IMG/VR virus record: IMGVR_UViG_3300036770_003657
Location: 310,001-374,000 of that record
Length of the DNA: 64,000 bases
Strand: one strand, 5' to 3'
The position numbers and the translations under genes are program-made. Shown piece after piece: positions 44,503 to 56,500 of the stretch; the first letter of the stretch is position 1, and every line of letters starts with the position of its first letter. The notes beneath the pieces were generated by a model. That model was not told the DNA's origin and did no database searches. It worked only from the letters and a program-made list of their open reading frames with translations.

Positions 44503-47500
44503 TATAGTCTCCCTACAACTACTTCAATAACGCCTTCATCACCATCAAAATCTTCTAGTGCTTTACCTATTACCATACCCATACGTGGATCATCATGTGC
44601 CTTGGCATAGCCATCTCCTGCACTGACCAACATATCACCTTTGCTTATCTTACCACGTACCTTAACTGGTACACGACCTTGTAGAGCAACTGCTACAACG
44701 TGTTCACCTTCTAGTTCACTGTTCATTAAGTGTGCTGGGTTCTTACTAACTACACCTACTACTTTACGTGTTAAATCTGTACCTATGGTAACTTCATTTA
44801 CTCCACCAATCATTAGAACTGTGCCTTCTTCGTATTTTGCATCAGCAAGATAGTTCTCTGCCAAGTCAGCATATTTTGCTTGTGTAGCTACACCATTGAA
44901 TACAGAAGCATATAATGTATCAGTAGCAGGATTACAGTATATACCACCTGTTCCATAAACACTGTTACCGCTACCCCATAGCATTTGGTATGTAGAATTA
45001 CTATCGTTATTGTAATTGATAGTAACTTGCGAGGAAGTGGAAGCTGAAGCAGCATTACCTGTACAGCTTCCTGAACTTCCACTTACATTACCTGTTACAT
45101 TTCCTGTTAGATTACCAGAAAATGTGGCAGTTATAGTACCTGCACTGAAATTACCACTTGCATCACGTTTGACTAATGTACTTGCTGTATTTGCTGTAGC
45201 ACTTGATACATTAAAGGTAGTTCCACTTAATGAAAGATCGGTTCCGGCACTGTAAGTAGTATTAGTATCTGGATTAGCTGGCATAGTCAATGTTATTGAA
45301 CTAGTTCCTGTGATGTGTCCGTTTGCATCATAAGTAACACTAGGTATTTTAAATGTACCACCAAATGCCAGTGTTCTTGTTGCTCCTCCATCACTTATTG
45401 TACCAGCTGTTACTGAATTACTATGATTAAACGTAGTTCCACTTAGAGATAATCCAGTTCCAGCACTATAGGTAGTATTAGTATCTGGATTAGCTGGCAT
45501 AGTCAATGTAATAGTATTGGTACCAGTAATATGTCCATATGCATCATAAGTAACACTAGGTATTTTAAATGTACCACCAAATGCCAGTGTTCTTGTTGCT
45601 CCACCATCACTTACTGTACCAGCTGTTATTGCACTATTGGCATGCCCTAAAGTTATTGTACCTGCTGTACTTTGATTAGCAGTAAACGTACCGGTACCAG
45701 TTAATCCATTATTACCCTGTACAGTAAGTGTACCATTGCCTATACTGACTGTAGCTGTAGCTACACTAGCAGCAGTAACGTGACCATAACCATCAAACTC
45801 AAAACTAATATCTTGTATAAATGTATTATCACTGTTATCACTGCTTAAATTACCTACACTGCTAGTGTCAGCATGACTTAGTGTAATAGTACCTGCTGTA
45901 CTTTGATTAGCTGTAAATGTACCACTACCAGTTAATCCATTGTTACCCTGTACAGTAAGTGTACCGTTACCTATACTAACTGTGGCAGTAGCTACACTAG
46001 CACTAGTAACGTGTCCAAATCCATCAAAATCAAAACTAATATCTTGTATAAATGTATTACCACTATTATCACTGCTTAAATTACCTACACTGCTAGTGTC
46101 AGCATGAGAAATATTAACAGTGACACCTTCACCACTTCCTGAAATAGTTAACCCACTAGTTCCAGTTTGACTACCTGGAGTTCCAGAACTTACTGCTGCT
46201 ATATAATTACCAGTAGTATCAGTTCCTAGTGCTACACTATCAATTCCAATAGTTGTAGTCATGCTAACATTGTTAGATCCATCAAATGTCACACTACCAC
46301 TAACATCACCAGTTAAGGCAATAGTTCTGGCTGTAGCTAATTTTGTAGCAGTGTCAGCGTTCCCACTCAATCCACCACTTACACTACCTTGGAAAGTTCC
46401 TGCGATAACAGTTGACCCTGCTCCAAATGTCCATTTATCAACACTTTCATCCCATAATAAACTTACGTTGGTATCAGTACCTCTTTCTATTTCTATACCA
46501 GCATTTTGTGTTGGTTCAGCAGTTTCGTTACTATTCAGTACAATGATATTATCAGCTAACTCAATAGTTTCAGTATTGATTGTAGTAGTTGTGCCACTTA
46601 CTGTTAGATTACCACCAATAACAGTATTACCTGTAACGTTAAAGTTTCCACCAACATTAAGGTTTTCAGTTACCGCTACTCCACCAGTAACAATTAAAGT
46701 ACCAGTTGACGTATTTGTACTGGATATATTACCTGCCATTTCAATACGGCCAGTCCCAAATACCTTAAACTTATCTGCACTGGCTAAATTAGTAGGTCCA
46801 CCATAAGTAAAGGCTATGTAGCTGGTAGTATCAGTTACCGTAATAACCTTATCTATAGCCCAATGACTCTTTAGGTTATTATCCTTTACAAACGCACTAC
46901 CATTCCAATTTAAATTAGTTAACCAACTAAATCTATTGGTTGTTCCTACACTAGTAAATCTAGTTTTAAAATCTGTAGTATAAGCACTTTGTAAAGTAAC
47001 ACTAGTTAATGCCCCACTGCCATTGTAGGTAATATTAAAAGTTGGATCATCTATAGTAGGTGCTGCTTTATAAATCACCTGTCCACCAGTAGTAAAGTTA
47101 ATAGTGCTACCATCAGTGGCTTGGAACGTCATGGTGTTACTTGCTGTTAATGTCTTAGCATTAGCCAATGTAAATGTACCTGTGCTGTTGGAAATAGTCA
47201 TTCCATTTACAGTCTTATTGGTCAATGCTTCTGTACCTGCCAATGTAGCCAATGTACCTGTCGTTGGGAAGGTTACACTGGTTGCAGCAGTCATAGTAAA
47301 TGTGCTGGCATATGCTCCTGATGTAGTTAAGTTACCTCCTAAGGTTATAGTCTTTGTACCATTGTTAACACCAGTGCCACCATATGTTGGGCTAATTATG
47401 CTGGCTTGCCAAGTACCTGTACTAATAGTGCCTACTCCAGTTAGACTACTATTGACAACACCTGAACCTAATGTTGTACTACTCAATACATCTACACCGT

Positions 47501-50500
47501 TGATCTTATAAGTTTTACCTGTGGCAAGATCCATGTTCTCACTACTGGTCCAGCTACTTGTAGATTGTATCCAACGGAAAAGTTTATCAGTGGTGCCTTT
47601 TATTGTTATACCACCTCCAGCTGCTGTAGCATCAGTAATTCCACCAGTGTTGAAAACTACAGCCACTCCATTTGGACTAATTTGATCTGGTGGTGTATCA
47701 GCTGTAAACGTAAACAAATTAGCACCATTAATAGCAGTTACTCTTGGATTGGCACCTAATTGACCACCACTTACTCTACTCAATGTCATCCCAGGAATCA
47801 TTCCTGCTGTACTAGCAGTAATTGTAGTTGTCAGTGCTCCAATAGCGGTAAAGTTAATATTGCCACTACGACTTGATATTGGTTCTACTGAGCCTAATTC
47901 AATATTGTTATCATCCATTTGGATGTCATATGCATTAAGAGTGCTGGCAGCACCGGTAATATTAACATTACCATTTACAGTGAGCCCGTTTAAGGTTATG
48001 CTGTCGGTCCAAACTGGACGTTTATTAGCACTGCCTAAACTCACTGGCTGAACATTTAACACAGAATTAGTATCACCTATAGGTAATTTTTGTATTATGG
48101 TGGAGCCACTGGCATATAACATGTCCCCGACAGTATAACTGGCAATATTAGTACCACCCTTATCTACAGGAACTTGACCAATAATATTACTTGGTGTTAG
48201 ATAATATAATCCATCTTGTCCATCTAGAGTACCTGCATCTACTACACCTGATTTAATACCAACAGCACCCTGACTACCTCCGGTACCTACTTCAAATTGA
48301 CTCTTATTAAATGACGCTACACCTAAGTTTGTATGGCCAGGGATATTTGCATTTTCCTGTCCTCCACTGACTACATCCACACCAACAGTAACTTCATTGT
48401 AGAATTCTTGTATGCCTCCAGGTCCTGGATCAAAGAATGGGCCAGTTATAGTAATAGCACTATCAACACTTGGTTTTTTGATCTTTTGTACGGCCTTGGC
48501 CCATGTACTATCGCCTCTTAAAAAGGTGTTACTATTAGCAGTACCAATAGCTAATCTAGTAGTGCTCATTATACCACTAACAATATTAGTTGTATCTATA
48601 TTACTGGCGCTTAGACTACTCCAGTTTTCTGCCAGTATACTAGCATTATCTACAACACCAATAATTTTAATGCTTTGCTTTCTAAAACTAGCAACCCCAG
48701 TACCAGTATTAGTAAAATTAAATGCACCAATAGTAAGACCTAATGTACTGGCCACTGCATCAGCTCTACCTTCATGTATAGTAAAGGTGTTAGTAGTCAC
48801 ACTTCCTACAAAGAATATGCTGTTAGTTAGTATACCGTATGGTGGATCTGCTGCAATAATTTTTACTGCATCACCAGTAGCAAATCCATGATCTGGAATA
48901 TAAACTGTATCTTTGGTGATATCTAATATAGATAATGTTAAAGTTTGATTACCTGCACCAGAGTTAACAATTGTTAACTTGGTTGATAGACTATAAGTTG
49001 TATAAAGTTCAATAGTATCAGCATCAATACTTTTCACATAATAGATGCTATTATTAACAATCCCACCTAATGGTGTTCCAAATCCTGCATTATATTGTAC
49101 AGCATCACCATCATCAAATGGGTGACCAACGATAGTTATACGACTTAGCGCAGTATTAACATTGCCTCCTGAACCTGTACTAGCAGCATTAAATGTAGCA
49201 ACTACAGTACTGTCTAATTGATCAGTTGTTTTCGTTACAACATTTGCATCTTCTGTAAATTCTGGGGCTATACTATTTGCATTAAACTTCAATGCGCCAA
49301 CAATATCAACATACACACGATTTTGTATTTGGCTAACCTTAACACTAAATGCGCTTCCACCTGTACGTCCATTCAAATTTGCATCATTTGCACTGAGTCT
49401 ATCTACTGTGGTATACCCACTTCCACCGGCAGTTAGTACTACATTAGTAACGACTCCACCACTTAGGAACAGGTCTGCCCTAGCTCCAGTTCCTGATCCT
49501 CCTGTTAAAGGCACATCAGTATAAAATCCTGAAGGTGGTTGAGTATATCCACTACCCCCTGCTAATCCTGTTACTGGATCATTGCTATTATCTAGTGCAT
49601 TAGCAACACCTTCTACAATATATTCTATAGTGCCTTGTGCTTGACTATTACTACCTGTTACACTAGTTACTCCTGTAAAATCATAAGTTTGAGTTGGGTC
49701 TAATAGTAATATCTGTTTACTATCTAATTCACTTAAAATGTAATTGGTATTTTGATCTGGAATAATACCTCCTACTAGGGTAGGTGTTAATCCAGTGCTT
49801 GCACCATTAAGAGTTATTTCTCCTACAGTATCAAATGTATCGTCAAAAAATTCACCTAAACTTCCAATGACTACAGTAGTAGAATTATTGCCACCGACTA
49901 CTCGACCAGTTGCTCCAGAACTGGCTTGTAGGATTAAGTCACCATCAACGGCCACTAATACACCATCTAGAGTCAACGATACTCCACTATATGTTTCAAT
50001 GGCTAAATCACCATTTAAAATACTAGTAGGAGGTACTGTATTGACCAAGTTTAGTCTACTACGATATCCATTACTTCTATATACTAAGAAGTTTCTTAAT
50101 GGTGGTATCTGATCAGCACTTAATTTTCCTAGTGCATTTAACTGAGGGATACCACCTGGTTGAGTAGTAGTTGTAAGTTCTTTGTCAATAAAGTCTCCTA
50201 GTCTATTTTCTAAGAAACTTCTAACAGCCAACTGTGTGCTTAATCTATTATGACTTGGTCCGCCTACTTCATTATCACCGAGATCAATATCAGCACTAAA
50301 TTCTTCAATAGTAATATTACCAACAGCCAACTTCAACGCATCTAAAGCAGCAATACTAACAGTGTTTGTAAATTGTACATTACCTGTTTTGTTTTCAGCT
50401 TTAATAAAATCACCAACTTTAAAGTCACCAAGTTCATTGGTTCCTGAACTATATACACGCCCTGGTAATTCACTGACTTGTTCATATTCAACTCTAGTAC

Positions 50501-53500
50501 GTCCACCGTTTTGTGGTAATGCATTATAGTCAGTTCCGCTACCTGCATATTCCCAAGTGTGGCTACTGCTGTTAACAATACTAGGTCTATGCAACCATAT
50601 CTGTTTACTTGGCAGTGTTTCTAAATTGATTAGTTCATTACCACTGGTAGTGGCCAATATCTTAAATGTTGCCGTGTATAAGTTATCTACGTTTTGGACA
50701 TCAGTTACATCAATATTTAAAATAGCAGGGCTACCATTGTCATATTGAATAACAGTATCTAAGGTAAAGTTATTTCTAATAAAATTTTCCCCAACTAATA
50801 CTTTTTCTACGCTAACAACTAGGCTTCGTGTTGTTGGATCCCAACTGAATATATATGCTCTATTTGGTGTTATACCACTGGTTGTACCTTCGATTACTCT
50901 ACCTGGAATAAATGTATAACTTTGTCCTATAGGAGGAGGTTCTACTTGTAATTTTTGATATACAACGTGACTTTCAGTGAGATCATCAATAAAAAATTCT
51001 TTAATATTCTTTAATAAAAGATGTTCACCTGTTGGTAGTGGAGCAGTAAATTTTGCCTTTATTTCAAAACCATCGTCCAAATATAATTCAAATTGATTGG
51101 CATTTAAAATTTTAATTACATAAGTTTGTTCGTCATAAAGACCTTTAATTAAACTATTTCCATTAGCTCTATAAACTATTTTCTCTGTATTTTGAAAACC
51201 GTGAGCAGGAATTGTTATGACATTAGTATTGACATTTATAACTGGTTCGATTTGTGCAGGACTAGTTCCTGGAATGGTGACATTATTACTTGGTGTAAAA
51301 GGTACCTGATCATCCACCTGTTTGTAACTATTAGTTACATCTCCAATATTACTATAGTCAACTATTTCTGGAACATTAATGATACTGTCAATAATATCTA
51401 TAATGATATCAAATAAATCACCAACTCTACTCTGTGCATCAGGATGTACTAGCGCAATAGTTAACGATTTTAGTTCTTGGAAGGCAGCAATATTTTGAGT
51501 TCTTTGATTTATTAGAGCTGCCACAGTGCTTGTAGAATAGGCTACACCAGCTTCAACGCTTTTACTATTGCCTCCTGTTAGTACATCATATGCTACTGCC
51601 TCTAATACTAGTAAAGTATCTCTTCTACAAGTATCTTGATCATATGTAAATCCTGTATAATATGGCGCTGTGTTGGCAGTTACTTGGCTGTCAATCCAAG
51701 TTATTAGTGCATCTCTTAATTCTTCTTTGTTATTTAAAATTGTACTATATGTTTCTCTATATACAGGATTTCTAAATCTTATTACATAGTGCTGTACTGG
51801 TAGGTCCCCAAAACCAATAGCAGTAATAGTTTGTTGTGCTCCTGCGCTGCCTGTAGCAACTACAATACCTTTATTAAAATCAAAAGCATTAGGACTATAA
51901 CCATTGGCCCTTAAAGCAAATTGACCAAAGTTAGTAGCACTATTGGTAATACTTAGATATCCACCGCTTTGACAATAACTACCATTTAAACAGAAGATCT
52001 GGAAACAGCTAACAATCTGTGCATATGCATCATTAATAACACGATATCCTGTACCCCCAAAGCTCAACATAGTAAATGCATTACCTACCATTGATTTACC
52101 TTGTTGCGGAGCAGGTCCTTCTACTGGGTTCTCTGCTTCAATTTGATTAACAGGTATATTTGGTGTACGTACTTTACTACCATCAACCAATACACCATTA
52201 CCACCTAAGAAGCTGATTATACTACAGTTCTGCACATATGGGCTAATACTAATAACTGGTTTATTATTTGGTAGTCTAGTATATCCTACACGACTACATT
52301 CTGGATCAGCTGGATCATCAAACGCCACTGCATAGTCAAATGTAAAGCTAGGTATATTGTTTACATCCAGTGCATCTCTGAAAGTTATCTCTGTAAAATA
52401 ACAGCCATTACGTACACGTAGCATATCCTTACCAGCATTAAGTGGTCTAATATTACAGGCACGTAGACCAGCTCCTACTACACTAACGTTATCTGGAATA
52501 ATAATTGGATTATCTTCGTAATAGTCTCCACTAGCAACTGCTATAACAATACGCTTTTCGTTTGGAATGTAGTCAGCAACAAAAGCTACAGTTTCGGTTT
52601 GAATGATTTCCTTGTCTGCTAGTAATGCTGCTCTAGCATCACTCTTAGTTGGACTTATTGGTGTAGCATTAGGATATTCTGTATTTGGTGCTTGACTGGG
52701 TCCTTGATCTATAATTGTTACTACATATCCTAAAAGTTCCTGAGCTTTATCTATGGCAGCACTGCTGGCTGGATCTCCTACACCAAATGCGTTGAGATCA
52801 TTTTCTAATACTAAATTGATTATTTCTTCTTTCAAATATCTATATGTTATTGCACTGGCTTGTCTATCATTGAATATAGGTAATCCCATTCCATAACTAA
52901 AATATTTTTTAGCAGCATCTATAGTTTGACTATTGCCACCATACATTAGGTCATAGGCTAAACTGTAGACTAGATATCTTATATCACGAGCGCACTTTTC
53001 TTCATTATAAGTAAAGTTATTAAACTCAACAGTAATAAATTGACTTACTCCAGTAATAATAGCAGCTTTGTTTTCCTGTATCAGTCCAAAATTAAGTTGC
53101 GTTGTTGGATTAGCCGAACTAATGTCTGGAAATACTTTATTGTTTAAAGAACTAGTATTTTCATCTGTAATAACATCAATGATTATATCAACTAAATCTT
53201 GGCATTTGATAGTTTGTTCAGAATTAGTAGCAGGATATAATGAAGTATCTTGTGTAAGAAGATTGGTACTAGATTTAGTAATTGGTACTGCGTTAACAAT
53301 ATCACCAATAATCTCTTGTAGTCTTGTATATGCTGCTAGTGTTTGTGCCTTCTCACCAGCACCTAATTGTAGCACGGCTCCAAATATATAAGCTTCTGCA
53401 TTAGAATAGGTTGCACTATTACCGCCATATAATACATCGTATGTTATAGCATCAACTATAAATTCTACATCACGTCTACATTTATCTATTATACTTCCTG

Positions 53501-56500
53501 GGGTGCTGGCATATGATGGATAAGTATCAATTAACCAAGCAATGACTTCCTCTCTAATAAATGCTTTATTTGTTTGTAATTGATTTTTAGCATTTAAAAC
53601 TGCAACTTCTGCATTACTGGGATCAGTGAAAGACACTGCATCAATAGCAGGATAACCTTCCTCAAGAAAATCAATTATTTCCTGTACTTTATTTTTATAG
53701 CTTAAGAAGAATGTGCCACTGGTTACATATTGTTCACTTTCTCTGTATAATTGTTTTAATGCTGCTGCTGTCTGTATCTTTTGATTATAGAAAGTGCCTA
53801 ATTGATTCTGTCTATCATAACTATATTGATTTTGTCTAGTATTTAAGTTAGTTCCCAGTACTATGTCATATATAGCTCCTTCAATGACTAGACTCATATC
53901 TCTTTCACATTTGGTTACTGTGGGGCCAGTATAACTAAATCCTAAAAATGTATTATTGACATAGTTAGTACCTTGATCAACTATATATTCAATATTATCT
54001 AATAATAAGTCTTTGGCATTGACATAACCTACTGGCAATCCTGCAGGAGTTGGCATAGTAATTGCAGGTAATATTGTAGGTATTTTAGCAATACCATCTC
54101 CAGTACCAGGTACAGCGGCTACAAAGGTATCTCCTACTGTATAAGATTCACCAGTAGTACCAGCTACAGCGTTCCAATCAGTGCTTCCTAATACTTCAAT
54201 TTCATACGTAATACCCGCAACTAAATCTGTTACAGGATATGATACATCAACTACGTTGATTAAGTCACCAGCATATGTATTCGCCAGTATGTTTGTAATA
54301 CTTTGAATACTGGCAGCTACTTCAGTTGCCTCAGTTCCACTTTGAGTATCTACAGCCTTTAACAATAGATAGTTTAAAGCTCTAATGGTAATATCTTTTT
54401 GACTAATTAGTACTGCACTGGCTGTGGCATTGCTATAGGTAAATCCTGCCTTTACGCTTTGCCAATTACTGCCATAGATAAGATCATATCCAATAGCATC
54501 AATAATTAAACCAACATCTCTAAAACAAGTTTGATCATTAAATTCATTTCTTTGTTTATAGACTAAATTACTGGCTATTTGTAGGGCACGTTTAATAGTT
54601 TTTACTGGTTTATTAATGCCATCAAAATTATCATCACCATTAGTTGCACTAACAGCTACTTGTCCACCACCAAATAAATCAGCACTAACAAATTCTAATT
54701 TATTTCCATCTCGATTAAGTGATAATATTGATCCATCTACACCTAAAACTCTTGGAAATGTTAATGTATAACTGTTTACAAACTCTTCCGGTGTTGTTCC
54801 TGCTGGGGCACGTAATCCTACATAGTTATTGCCGTTTGAAGTTAACTCTTTTAATCTAATCTCGCCTTGATTATTAACATTAAGACCGTCAGTGTTGATT
54901 AAGGTAGATCTTATTGTAGATGGAGTTGTCTCACCTATCCTAGTATTATCAATAGTTCCACTGTTGATATCTACGTTGGCTAATGTGCTAGTGCCATCTA
55001 CAGTAAGATCTTCAGCAATATACACATTGTTGTTTACTGTAATATTATTTACTGTAATATCATCTAATAACAAACTGCCTAAAGTTGCTTGGCCAGTAAC
55101 ATCGAGGTCACCACCAATATTAACATTACCAGTAGTATCAAGTGTATTGGCATCAATGTTATCAGCATTTATATCATTACTTGTTATTGTGCCTGTGAAA
55201 TTACTAGTACCAGTAACATCTAGATTGCCACCTACATGTAAGTTTTCGCTTATTCCTACACCACCTGTTACTACGACGGTTCCAGTAGTTGTATCGGTAG
55301 AACCTATATTAGCCTTTGCATATACCTGTCCATCTAAATTAGTCTCTAAATTAACTGTTAAGTTTTCAATAGTAGCATTATCAAGTACATCTAATATATC
55401 AGTTTCTATATTAGTGGCATCAACGTCACCAGTCAAATCACCTGTAACATCACCTGTAACATTACCAGTATACATAGCATCGGTACCTGTAGTACCTCTA
55501 TCCAATATTACAGTTTCAGTGACTACACCACCAGTGTCCTTATAAAGAATAATATCTGTGTATGCTTTTGCATCAAACCCATTAGTACCATTTTCAAAAA
55601 CTTTTACACTTACATTTTCAGCAAATATATCACCAGTGCTTGGTCCAATAATAGTACCTTCAAACTCACCAATAAATCTTTCAGTGGCTTCGATTATTGT
55701 TCCTGTTATGGCTCTAGGTTCTTCTGCTCCAATTACAGTGGCATCAATATTCCCACCATTTATATCAACTTGATCTAACCTACTAAGCCCATAACTGGTT
55801 ATATTACCACTTACCTTACCGATAAACTCAGCTTCTACATAACCTGAATCTAAGGGTGCTCCACCTGTACCATTCTCCAATACTTTTGTAATACCATCTT
55901 CAGCATAGATATCACCAGCAAAATTTCCGCTTATGCTACCTTCAACATTACCATAGAATACAGGTGGTTGATAACTTAATACATTTGTTGGGCCACCTGT
56001 TCCATTATCTAATATTTTAGTAGTGCCATCAGCAGCATATAAATCACCAACTACATTACCTTCTAGTTTACCAACAAATTTTACACTGGCAGTAATTACA
56101 GTTCCTGTGATTAAGGTAGGACCGCTATTACCAATTATAGTGCTGTTAATAAATCCACCGTTTAATAACAAACTACTTATTTGACTGGTTCCAGTAGTTT
56201 GAGTTATTCGACCTAACAATTCACCTGTAAAAGTTGCATCTGTTCCATTGGTGCCATTCTCTAAAACTTTTACTCCACTATCGCTATAAATATCACCAAA
56301 AACATCACCAAACAAGTTACCAGTAATATTGCCTTGAATGTTAGCTAGAATTTCTTCTTCTACATTTATACTATTGGCTACTATATCGCCAGCTACATTA
56401 AGATCGCCTCCAATACCTACTCCACCAGATACAATCAATGTTCCTGTATATGGGTCTAAACTAGGCGTATTATCAGAAAGTATTGTTTTAACATTAACAG